DNA of 58,125 nt from a virus. Lineage: Duplodnaviria; Caudoviricetes. How positions within the stretch are numbered: the stretch's first letter is position 1; the number at the start of each line of letters is the position of its first letter. The notes under the pieces were generated by a model, which had not been told where the DNA came from, did not search any database, and saw only the letters and a program-made list of their open reading frames with translations. The position numbers were made by a program, and so were the translations under genes. Positions 18,758 through 27,329 of the stretch are shown piece by piece. The stretch covers positions 1-58,125 of IMG/VR virus record IMGVR_UViG_3300035703_000105. One strand, 5' to 3'.

Positions 18758-18937
18758 ATGAAACCTTCACGGATCAAACGTTGGTGGCACATTTGGGCTA
18801 AAGCCCTAGGTGAAAAGGCCAGCCCGTCCAAGAAGGAAGCTGATCAAATTGCATTGATTCGTTCTGTTATCTTTCTTACTTATTTCTTAACGAATTGTTT
18901 CATTGTGGCTGGTGTCCTACGACACTGGAATTCTTAA
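18758..18937 (+). CDS. Small membrane protein
   Basis: WWHIWAKALGEKA...ADQIALIRSVIFLTYFLTNCFIVAGVLRHW; true start probably the ATG at 18758. Confidence 0.7.
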   Translation: MKPSRIKRWWHIWAKALGEKASPSKKEADQIALIRSVIFLTYFLTNCFIVAGVLRHWNS

Positions 18938-18990
18938 GTCAATACGCAAACCCCCACACCCCCTAGCCATTTCCGCTTGGGGGATTTATT

Positions 18991-19344
18991 TTGGGATGTC
19001 CCTGCTCACACCCTGTGATTGAGTATTACTTTGAGAACTTTGAGTCTTATTCTGGAATCTTTTCAGAACATGCTCTTTACATCTCGGAGCTAATGAAACT
19101 CCTTGATGATCAAATTATCTCCATGGGTTTACCTCCAGTGGGGCGCACTAAAGATTTGTTCCGGATGGTTCTTGATTTGAGCTATCACGTAGATCAGACT
19201 TACAAAAAGCGCTACGATTTGGAAGAGCCTACGTTCAAACTAACCACTTACATGAGTAAGGATGATGTCATTAGTGAGATGCGCAATCTCCTCAAAGAAG
19301 AACTTACTCGTTACATGGGACATGTCCGTGATGCAGAACAATGA
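18991..19344 (+). CDS. Hypothetical protein
   Basis: ORF track. Confidence 0.5.
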   Translation: MGCPCSHPVIEYYFENFESYSGIFSEHALYISELMKLLDDQIISMGLPPVGRTKDLFRMVLDLSYHVDQTYKKRYDLEEPTFKLTTYMSKDDVISEMRNLLKEELTRYMGHVRDAEQ

Positions 19345-19537
19345 AAGTAAGTCCTGGGAATGTCATGTTGATGAGGACGGTGTTCTTACCTTTCCCGAAG
19401 AACTCTCAGAACTTCTGGGATGGGGTGAGGGAGATAATCTTGAATTCATTGATCAAAATGACGGGACGTTTTTGATTGTAAAAGTCAATGAAGATCTCAA
19501 TCCTGAAGGACAAACTGATTCGTCGGCTGTCTGTTAA
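19331..19537 (+). CDS. AbrB/MazE-like DNA-binding protein
   Basis: VDEDGVLTFPEELSELLGWGEGDNLEF. Confidence 0.75.
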   Translation: MQNNESKSWECHVDEDGVLTFPEELSELLGWGEGDNLEFIDQNDGTFLIVKVNEDLNPEGQTDSSAVC

Positions 19538-19667
19538 TCTTGTTTCCCATATTGGTGCGCCAGAAAGTATCAATGAATGGACAACTGGTTATGAACAAGC
19601 CATTCATGATGCTCAACAATTTTTAGAGCAGCTTGAAATTTATGAACCTTACAACCATCTTGAATGA
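19488..19667 (+). CDS. Hypothetical 59-aa protein (not in ORF track)
   Basis: MKISILKDKLIRRLSVNL...; ATGA overlap with next gene. Confidence 0.45.
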   Translation: MKISILKDKLIRRLSVNLVSHIGAPESINEWTTGYEQAIHDAQQFLEQLEIYEPYNHLE

Positions 19668-20032
19668 AACTCTCGGAACTGATTAACCAACTGCAACGCC
19701 TGCATGATCTTTACCCCCAGGTTGATCCTGATGTTTTAGTTACTGAGACAGCTTATTCTTCGTGGGATACTAAGAAAACACAGCCGGAATTTTTCTGTCG
19801 AGAGTTTAATCCAACTTGTTTTGAAATTAGAACAGTTGTACATCTTCCTTCAGAAAGTTTGTTTTCTGAGCGTGGCCCTTATTTAAACATCTTTTATGAA
19901 GGAGGTGTTATTAATAGCCCAGAAGATTTTTGGAAAAACAATTACTTTGAACAACATGCAAACAAACAATCTGGATGCACTGATACAAACAGCTGCACAA
20001 CAACAGACACAGGAACTAAGATGGATACATAA
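19664..20032 (+). CDS. Hypothetical protein
   Basis: MKLSELINQLQ N-terminus common in phage ORFs. Confidence 0.55.
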   Translation: MKLSELINQLQRLHDLYPQVDPDVLVTETAYSSWDTKKTQPEFFCREFNPTCFEIRTVVHLPSESLFSERGPYLNIFYEGGVINSPEDFWKNNYFEQHANKQSGCTDTNSCTTTDTGTKMDT

Positions 20033-20103
20033 TGTTTACCAGCAACGCCTCAAAGATCTAATGGAGATCAAGGAGCGTTACAACGAATATCTTTTGAATA
20101 AAG

Positions 20104-20331
20104 ATGCCGATTTGCGCAATAGTTGATCCCCAGCAACCTGACTGGGTGTGCCGTGACTGTGGTCACAAGTGGGGTTTGTGGTGGTCTGATGGCCAGTACA
20201 AAGGTCCTGCTCGACATTGCGCTACCTTCCATCAAGGTAAGTGTAATGTTTGTGGTGAAACTAAAGGTGTAACAGAAGCTAGAGATTACGGTTACTTATC
20301 TCCTGGATGGAATAAAGATTTGTTAGAGTAA
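20104..20331 (+). CDS. Small zinc-finger protein
   Basis: CRDCG...CNVCG. Confidence 0.6.
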   Translation: MPICAIVDPQQPDWVCRDCGHKWGLWWSDGQYKGPARHCATFHQGKCNVCGETKGVTEARDYGYLSPGWNKDLLE

Positions 20332-20530
20332 GTAAAGATCATAGTTTTGTTATGGACGATCGTTCTGTTGATCGGGAAACAGTAGAGCGTACTAAAGGCA
20401 AGTTAATGCAGAAAGCTGCAGACAAACGCGCCGAAAGTGAGCGCTCTACTGGTGGTGGCGGTGACAGTGGTGTTGCACGCGCTCGTAAACGTTTCGAAGA
20501 GAACCGTCGTCTCCAGGGAGCTGAGTAACC

Positions 20531-21220
20531 ATGGGTACCCCTTCTAATATGAATTCCGGTCTTAAAGCAACCAGGGACGCATTCCTTAAACAAACCCGTG
20601 AAAAGATGGGGATTAGCGAAGAGAAGCGTACTGATTTCCAAAATCGCATGAAGGAGAAGCGGGAACGGCAAGCTCAAGCAAAAGAGAATCGGACTGATCG
20701 CCGTGTAAAAGAAGTTGCGGCTGTTCAGAACATCACTCCTGAAGCTGCCCGCACACTTGTTACTGACCGTCAAAATGCACGTACTGCACAAATGCGGGTA
20801 GTGCGAGCTGACTTGGTTGACAAACGGATGGAGCAACGTGCAAATCAAATTGCTACCAACCGGGGCATTACAACTGAGCAAGCTGGCAACGTCATGCAAG
20901 GCCGAATTGCTCAGCGGGCTGGCCAAATTGCAGCTAACCGTGGCATCACCATGGAAGATGCGACCCGTCGCGCCGAGAATCAGATGTTTGGTCAGCGTGG
21001 TTTGAGGGGTGCTGTTGAGCGGGCACGGATGGGTGATCGCCGTGAAGCCATGACCTCTCAGATGGCCACGCAACAAGGTCTTACGCCAGAGGCAGCAGCC
21101 CAGGCAATGACTGCTCAAGTTGCCCAGCGTGCTGAGAACATTTCAAATCGTCGTGGCATTGCTATTGGCGAAGCTCAAAAGCGTGCACAACGTCAAATGT
21201 TTGGTCGCCCTCAACGTTGA
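20531..21220 (+). CDS. Basic helical-repeat protein
   Basis: About five repeats of (I/V/M)Axx(R/Q)GITxExA. Confidence 0.65.
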   Translation: MGTPSNMNSGLKATRDAFLKQTREKMGISEEKRTDFQNRMKEKRERQAQAKENRTDRRVKEVAAVQNITPEAARTLVTDRQNARTAQMRVVRADLVDKRMEQRANQIATNRGITTEQAGNVMQGRIAQRAGQIAANRGITMEDATRRAENQMFGQRGLRGAVERARMGDRREAMTSQMATQQGLTPEAAAQAMTAQVAQRAENISNRRGIAIGEAQKRAQRQMFGRPQR

Positions 21221-21257
21221 TTTAAACGTTGCGTTTTAAATAAAACTTGCTAGCTTA

Positions 21258-21515
21258 GTGCTGTCGGACCCAACACTTATGTCCCGCAGTACTAAACAAA
21301 TTAAATTTAGGGGTAAACCTTCTGAACTCCTTGACTCCATTGAGTTTGAAGGTTACACAATCAACTCGTTACGCCACGGTGTAACGGGTCATGTTCTTTA
21401 CCGTTATCCCAGTGAAGAGTATGAGTGGGAGCCATGCTGGGGCATGGATCTAGAAACAGCTAAGAAATCTGTCTTGCGCTACAAAGAAGCACAAGAACTA
21501 CAATCAAAGACGTGA
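21258..21515 (+). CDS. Hypothetical protein
   Basis: ORF track. Confidence 0.55.
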   Translation: MLSDPTLMSRSTKQIKFRGKPSELLDSIEFEGYTINSLRHGVTGHVLYRYPSEEYEWEPCWGMDLETAKKSVLRYKEAQELQSKT

Positions 21516-21527
21516 TTTAAATTTGGT

Positions 21528-21788
21528 ATGGGACCGGTCAAGAATGCACTCATGGATGATCTTGCATGGTCCATCTATGAGTACTTGCTTGGGGAATCAA
21601 CTCAATACCAGGGTTCTTGCCTGGTCCTCATGCCAATTACAAAAATTGCAAAAGAGTTTGAGCGTAATCACAGGACCGTTACAAGGCGGTTGTCTGCATT
21701 AAAGCAGGAAGGATTGATTACGCCTATTATCAAGAAGGATTACGTTACTTTGTATTGCGTTCAAGATACGGAGATACCTGATGAGTAA
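21528..21788 (+). CDS. Winged-HTH DNA-binding protein
   Basis: ITKIAKEFERNHRTVTRRLSALKQEGLI. Confidence 0.75.
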   Translation: MGPVKNALMDDLAWSIYEYLLGESTQYQGSCLVLMPITKIAKEFERNHRTVTRRLSALKQEGLITPIIKKDYVTLYCVQDTEIPDE

Positions 21789-22074
21789 ACAGGAAAACAA
21801 TCCGTTGTCTGACCTTGCGTTTCTGCTTGGTAGCTTTACGGATAACGGCCGTTCGATGCGTTCCTTTGTGAGCAACCCTCAAGAACTTGCTATTACCATC
21901 TTGGTAACTGGCTTACTGTCTAACTCCAGGTGGGCAATGGATCCTGAGGATGCCATTAAAACTGCTTTTGTGATCCATGAAAAGATTCAGAAGGAGGTTC
22001 AGAACTACCAGTCCATGAAGTTTGTCAACAATGTTGAGAACTGCTTCAGACACCCTGAATTAACAGAGGAATGA
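21781..22074 (+). CDS. Hypothetical protein
   Basis: ORF in operon context. Confidence 0.55.
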   Translation: MSKQENNPLSDLAFLLGSFTDNGRSMRSFVSNPQELAITILVTGLLSNSRWAMDPEDAIKTAFVIHEKIQKEVQNYQSMKFVNNVENCFRHPELTEE

Positions 22075-22301
22075 ACTTAAGCGCAGACATCGAGTGGGGG
22101 CATCTCAGGATTGGACCCATGCTTCTTACGTGGTTCAATTCGGATACGGCCTACGACTGCTGGGGTAGCACCACCATCTGTTGGGATTTTAAGGTTTCTT
22201 TCCTTTTTTGTTTTCACGAGATTTGCAAACGTCCTTGGTTCCAGGTCAGGGAGGTTGATCCTGATATTCGGCGGGTCATGAAGGGGAATAAGTACCTGTG
22301 A
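22071..22301 (+). CDS. Hypothetical protein
   Basis: ATGA overlap. Confidence 0.45.
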   Translation: MNLSADIEWGHLRIGPMLLTWFNSDTAYDCWGSTTICWDFKVSFLFCFHEICKRPWFQVREVDPDIRRVMKGNKYL

Positions 22302-22354
22302 TCCGTTGCAGGGACCGGGTTTTCCGCTAAGTTGGTTGGACTTGTTTCCCGCTG

Positions 22355-23275
22355 ATGCCTGCTGTATTGGATGAAATTCGTGCAGACGTTCGGCTTATAG
22401 AAGAACTAGAGCGCAAAATTTATACGCCGTATTCTAAAACTGCATCGTATGAGCAGTTCTTGGATTATCGCTCTGAAGGAGATACCCGTGTAGAAATCAA
22501 CGGGAGCCGCCATTACAAGACTCCTTACGGTGCACTTCCATCAGTAACCACCATTCTGTCTGCTACCGGTGGGAACAAGGCAGCATTAGAACGGTGGGCT
22601 AAGAAGAATCCGGGTGGGCGAGAAGCTGCTGCAGCTCGTGGTACCCGTGTTCACTCCTTAATGGAGGAGTATTTGCTGGGCATCAACAAGGATCCGCAGA
22701 TTGATGACGAAGAGATCGCATCGTTCTGGTCTGGTCTTCCTGAAAAACTAGACAAGCTTGAGCGTGTGATGTGGGCAGAAAACCCTGCCAATCCTGATGA
22801 TTTCAGTTGGACCATGGGTGGTGATGGGATTAGCCGAGTTTGGCATCCAGGAACACACGAAACTGAAACCTGGGGATGGGCTGGTGCACCGGACATTGTT
22901 GCTGAGTACAAGGGCAAGGTTGTCCTTGGTGACCTCAAAACCAGCAACGGTTTGTATTACAGTCGCTGGCCAGGTCCTGAAACGTTGAAATCTGAGTACG
23001 GAATGAAGCGTGCTGGCTTTATGAAGTACCAGAAGTGCATGATGCAGATGGGTGCCTACGCCATGGCACTAGAACACACCATTGGTGTTATCCCTGAGAT
23101 CTTGATGATTTTTGTTGCTACGCGGGAGCGTTCACAGGTGTTTGCAGTTCAAGGTGGCACCATTGAAAAGTACAAAAACAAGTGGCTGGACGCTGTAAAC
23201 AAGTATTATTCTGAGATTCTGCCGTCTCTGAATAAGACCGAGATTGATATGGAGGTCGTAAACGGAGACGCATAA
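22355..23275 (+). CDS. PD-(D/E)XK exonuclease
   Basis: LPSVTTIL, RGTRVH, AGAPD...DLKTS, QMGAYAMA. Confidence 0.9.
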   Translation: MPAVLDEIRADVRLIEELERKIYTPYSKTASYEQFLDYRSEGDTRVEINGSRHYKTPYGALPSVTTILSATGGNKAALERWAKKNPGGREAAAARGTRVHSLMEEYLLGINKDPQIDDEEIASFWSGLPEKLDKLERVMWAENPANPDDFSWTMGGDGISRVWHPGTHETETWGWAGAPDIVAEYKGKVVLGDLKTSNGLYYSRWPGPETLKSEYGMKRAGFMKYQKCMMQMGAYAMALEHTIGVIPEILMIFVATRERSQVFAVQGGTIEKYKNKWLDAVNKYYSEILPSLNKTEIDMEVVNGDA

Positions 23276-23393
23276 GTACAAGTGTCTGCCTTTTACATTA
23301 GAGGTACGAAGAAAAACGGTGGACTGCGCCACAGGTTTAAAACCCTAGCTACGTTGGTTCTGCCGTTCCTTTCCCGACAGCCATAAAACCACC

Positions 23394-26006
23394 GTGACGA
23401 CCGCAACTCCAGAGCCCAAGCCCCCTCACAAGCATCTTGCGCCAGGGCAGATCAACCTGGATCTCATCCCCGTTGATTTTCCCCTCACTCCCCTACAGGG
23501 CAAGAAAGCGTACCTCCCCGGTTGGACGCAAGATCCCAAAACAATTGGTGAAATTAAACGTGAGTTAGAAGAAGGACGGGCTACTGGTGTTGGTCTTTTG
23601 TGTGGCCAATGGAGCAATGATCTTGCTCTGATCTTTGTTGATATTGATGGTGAAGATGCCATCCCAGTTATTGAAGAGCTGGGTGGTGGTCCTCTTTCTG
23701 AAATCTTCCCGCCAACCTTAACCATTACCAGTGGTAAGCCTGGGAAGCTGCGGATGCTTTTCCAGGTTCCACCTAATCGGGTTAATCAACTACCAGATAA
23801 AGCAACCATTAAGGTTGATAAAGCACCATGGGAAATTCTTTGGAGGTCCCGTCAAGGTGCATTGATGGGTGCTCACCCTGATACGCCAGGTTATTTCACG
23901 CTTCCGCATGGTGGATTTGAGTATGCCAAGCGGTTACCTGAGATGCCAGAGTGGTTGTATGACGCCATTGGACGGGCTTATCCCAGTAGCCGGTACCGCA
24001 AACACACCTCTCCCATTGGTGCTGTCATTACGCAGAACATTGTTCTGAACTATGACAAGGATTCCAAGTACCACCTGGAAGAAATTATTGACGAAGCACT
24101 GCAGTATCTGAATGCACTCAGTGTTGATCGTGCTGATGATTACGAAGAGTGGCTTGCTGTTGGCATGTCACTCCACCAGATTGATGAGAGTTTGTTAGAA
24201 GCATGGGTGGAGTGGTCTGCTCAGTCGGATCACTTTGAAGATGGTGCTTGTGAGCAGAAATGGAACACTTTTGAACGGCTTCCTGGTGGTCCTAATCCTG
24301 AAGGCGCCAGGGGTTTGAAGACCCTCCGGGCTAAAGCAAAGGAGGATGGTTACATTGATATGGGTGGCTTCCTTGTGCCCAACATTGAGACCATCAACAA
24401 GCGCATTAAGGAAGCACAGGATGAAGATTATCCTGCTATTGGCCATGAGGCCATGTTCTTTGAGCTGATGGGCGAAGGGGACGAGGAAGATGAGGAACTT
24501 GATCTGGATGATTTACTAACTGAGATCAGGGGCTCCAGGTCTGCTCGTGCTCCTGTGCTAGGTGGTAAGCAAAAAGGATTGAAGAATCCCCCTGCTTCTG
24601 TGATTGCAGAAGATCTCAGTGGATTCCTTCTCATCAATTGGCGCTATGATCCAAGGTCAGATAGTTTCCTGAAATATAACAAGAGCAATGGGATCTGGGG
24701 TAAAGAGGACTATCCAAGGGATTTTTGGCAGACTGTTCAATCCAAAATTGCCCACCTTCAATTGCCTTCTGGGCATAGTGCTCATCTCATTAATGATGTC
24801 GTTACCCTCCTTCAGCATCATCTCACGGAATGTCGTTGGGATGAGAATTCCGAAAACCTTGCATTCCGTAACGGTGTCTTCAATCTCGATACGGGAGAAT
24901 TCATAGAGCACAGCCCAGAACATTGGATTACATGGGGGCTTGATATTGATTACGATCCGTCTACTGATCCTGGTCCTATTACTGAATGGCTTTACCGTAC
25001 TCAATACGGTGATGAAGCCCGTGTCAATGTCCTCAGAGCCTGGCTTCGTGCCTGTTTGGTGGGACGCGGAAATGAAATCCAACGCTTCCTTGAAATCATC
25101 GGACCTGGTGGACGCGGTAAATCCACCTTTGCCAACCTCTGCTGTGCTCTCGTTGGTTATGGTAATTACGCCAGTACTAACCTCAACCAACTGGAGCAAA
25201 GCCGCTTTGAATTGGCTTCCATTAAAGGAAAACGACTGACGCTCATCAATGATTCAGAGCGTTACGGTGGATCTGCACAGAATTTCAAGGCACTGACAGG
25301 TGGTGACTCTCTTCGTTACGAGGAGAAACTCAAGCCCATTGGCGAACCTTTTGTGTACACCGGCATGGTTATGGTGGTTGCTAACGAGCCCATCCAAACA
25401 ACGGATAACACCAGTGGTTTGAGCCGTAGGCGGTTGACTGTTGAGTTTAACCGGAAGCTGTATGACCGCAGCAGCGAAGCTAAGGACATGATCAAGTTAG
25501 AAGGCGGTTATGTATCTGGTATATGGAAGGATTATTTATCCGGTTTAGTGAACTGGGTGCTGGAAATGGATGATCAATCCATGCGTCAGTACCTGTTGGA
25601 TACCAATGAAATGGTTCCTGCACTACGCCGTGTGCGTAATAACATCCTTCTGAACAGTAATAACCTTATTGAATGGTTGCAATCAGAGGTGGTTTCAGCT
25701 GAACACACCAGTGCTGTTGGTAAGAAAATTCCAAATGGAAACAAAGAAGATAATGAACGGTATGTTAATAGCAGCTACCATCTGTATCCCAGCTACTGTG
25801 AATATTGTGACGCCACGGGATCCAAACCTGTTGGTCAGAAGCGGTTTATCAACTTGCTTTTGGATTGTTGCAAGAACCAGTTGGAGTTAACGGATGTACG
25901 GACCTTTACAAAAGGGGGTAAACCTTTCATTAAAGGGCTTGCTATTCGTAATTCTGATCAGAAGTTTAAGGATTATCCAACCATTCTCCCTGAAAACAAC
26001 CATTAA
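23394..26006 (+). CDS. Primase-helicase (PrimPol + PriCT-2 + D5/SF3 helicase)
   Basis: FVDIDG; DDYEEWLAVGMSLH; Walker A GPGGRGKST; FKALTGGD. Confidence 0.93.
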   Translation: MTTATPEPKPPHKHLAPGQINLDLIPVDFPLTPLQGKKAYLPGWTQDPKTIGEIKRELEEGRATGVGLLCGQWSNDLALIFVDIDGEDAIPVIEELGGGPLSEIFPPTLTITSGKPGKLRMLFQVPPNRVNQLPDKATIKVDKAPWEILWRSRQGALMGAHPDTPGYFTLPHGGFEYAKRLPEMPEWLYDAIGRAYPSSRYRKHTSPIGAVITQNIVLNYDKDSKYHLEEIIDEALQYLNALSVDRADDYEEWLAVGMSLHQIDESLLEAWVEWSAQSDHFEDGACEQKWNTFERLPGGPNPEGARGLKTLRAKAKEDGYIDMGGFLVPNIETINKRIKEAQDEDYPAIGHEAMFFELMGEGDEEDEELDLDDLLTEIRGSRSARAPVLGGKQKGLKNPPASVIAEDLSGFLLINWRYDPRSDSFLKYNKSNGIWGKEDYPRDFWQTVQSKIAHLQLPSGHSAHLINDVVTLLQHHLTECRWDENSENLAFRNGVFNLDTGEFIEHSPEHWITWGLDIDYDPSTDPGPITEWLYRTQYGDEARVNVLRAWLRACLVGRGNEIQRFLEIIGPGGRGKSTFANLCCALVGYGNYASTNLNQLEQSRFELASIKGKRLTLINDSERYGGSAQNFKALTGGDSLRYEEKLKPIGEPFVYTGMVMVVANEPIQTTDNTSGLSRRRLTVEFNRKLYDRSSEAKDMIKLEGGYVSGIWKDYLSGLVNWVLEMDDQSMRQYLLDTNEMVPALRRVRNNILLNSNNLIEWLQSEVVSAEHTSAVGKKIPNGNKEDNERYVNSSYHLYPSYCEYCDATGSKPVGQKRFINLLLDCCKNQLELTDVRTFTKGGKPFIKGLAIRNSDQKFKDYPTILPENNH

Positions 26007-26029
26007 AAAGGCGGGTGGTTAACCCGCCC
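26004..26029 (-). terminator. Terminator between convergent transcription units
   Basis: GGCGGG/CCCGCC stem with an adjacent A run on the + strand. Confidence 0.7.
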
Positions 26030-26035
26030 CTTAAC

Positions 26036-26203
26036 TCATTCAGCTTCCGCTTCTGGTTCTTCAGTTTCTGGTTCAAACTCCAGGGTTTCAATGTATTGGC
26101 CGACCATGTTGCCAGCAAAAGCAATCAGATTAGGATCACCAGAAGCACGGGCAGCGCCAAAAGAATTGACCGCAGCAATTAACTCAGACTTTTTGCAAGC
26201 CAT
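26036..26203 (-). CDS. 55-aa hypothetical protein (not in ORF track)
   Basis: MACKKSELIAAVNSFGAARASGDPNLIAFAG... Confidence 0.55.
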   Translation of the reverse strand: MACKKSELIAAVNSFGAARASGDPNLIAFAGNMVGQYIETLEFEPETEEPEAEAE

Positions 26204-26237
26204 AACGAAGCAAGAATTTCAAATAGTATAACAAGGA

Positions 26238-26567
26238 TCACCAGGGAACGCCAGATTCAGAAGTGGGGTGCAGTTTGGTTTGGATCTGGTTGTGCAGTGC
26301 TTCTTCAATTGAAACAACTTGATCAACACCAAGTGCTGTTAGGGTCCAGTTCACGACTTCTTCTTTGGTGAGTTTACTGAAAGGAGTGAAGTTATCAGGG
26401 TTGGGTTCACCAAGACCAACGCTGCCGTAACAACCGGCAGTTTCACCGTCTTCTTCCAAGGATGCAGTCCAATGAACGGTGTATACAGCGCCATCAGGAC
26501 AGGTGTCACCATCAGGAAGATGACGTTCAAGGTTAGCAATATCCCAAACAGTGTTAGCCACAATCAA
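26238..26567 (-). CDS. Tail-fibre-associated small protein
   Basis: WDIANLER...VYTVHW...YGSVGL...FTPFSKLT...SGVPW, typical downstream of cyanophage fibres. Confidence 0.65.
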   Translation of the reverse strand: MIVANTVWDIANLERHLPDGDTCPDGAVYTVHWTASLEEDGETAGCYGSVGLGEPNPDNFTPFSKLTKEEVVNWTLTALGVDQVVSIEEALHNQIQTKLHPTSESGVPW

Positions 26568-26609
26568 TAATGTTTTTTTTATTTTACCAGAGGTGATCAG
26601 TGAAGGTGA

Positions 26610-26972
26610 CTACTCGTTGTCGGGTAGTTGTTCCAGTGCGCGGCGAATGTAATCAGCGGGCTCCGTTGTGTCCATTGAATGAGCTGCACCATCGAGCAGA
26701 TGCGAGAGCGCCAAGAGTGCCTGCTCCTTCAAGCTCGGGGGTTTAGGGCGGCGGGCGGCGCGGAGCTTGGAGATGGCGCAGCCGTCTTCGCCCCAGTAGC
26801 CCATGGTCCTCATCCAGCTGATGCACGCCTCCAACTCTTGATCTGCGCCCCATTGGGCGGCACGGGTGGCTAGGTAGGTGTGAGCCAAAGGCTGTGATTT
26901 AAGGAGTTTGCGATTTTCCAACCACTCCTGCACCAGCTCGGGCGGTGGGTTGATGGGGTGTTCTTGTGTCAT
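26610..26972 (-). CDS. GC-rich paralog family member 3
   Basis: Same constant blocks as 5282/6252; bounded on both sides by TAGT-N7-ACT sites. Confidence 0.75.
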   Translation of the reverse strand: MTQEHPINPPPELVQEWLENRKLLKSQPLAHTYLATRAAQWGADQELEACISWMRTMGYWGEDGCAISKLRAARRPKPPSLKEQALLALSHLLDGAAHSMDTTEPADYIRRALEQLPDNE

Positions 26973-26991
26973 GGGTGATTAGTGGTAATGA

Positions 26992-27168
26992 CTACTCAAT
27001 TACAGGCAGAGGTTTGCCAAGCGACTCAAGCCAGCACAACTGGCACCAGTGGCCTTCGTGACCTGGGATAGTGCTCTCGATTGTGTGGCTATGAATTCCG
27101 TGCTTTGGGCAATCAATCTTTGGCAACTGTCGCCCGATTGCCAACGTGGGGTAAGGTTCTTGGGTCAT
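26992..27168 (-). CDS. Small zinc-binding hypothetical protein
   Basis: CPKHG...CQLC. Confidence 0.55.
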   Translation of the reverse strand: MTQEPYPTLAIGRQLPKIDCPKHGIHSHTIESTIPGHEGHWCQLCWLESLGKPLPVIE

Positions 27169-27245
27169 GGTCTCTAGGGGATCGTGGCCAGGGGCAGGGT
27201 GTTGACGCACGCCTGCCTACCCACACTACCACGCAAGTCAAGCCC

Positions 27246-27296
27246 AACTATCCGGAAATTCCAGATAGTTCAACTTGTAAGGGCTGGTTACAAGTT
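27246..27296. repeat. Two tandem 25-bp palindromes (9-7-9 architecture)
   Basis: AACTATCCG-GAAATTC-CAGATAGTT and AACTTGTAA-GGGCTGG-TTACAAGTT. Confidence 0.85.
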
Positions 27297-27329
27297 CGCC
27301 AGCCCTCGCAGTGAGTAGGTTTACTTGCT

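Noticed and set aside
20339-21118. 259-aa - strand ORF
   Set aside because: Antisense shadow of the repeat protein; composition not protein-like.
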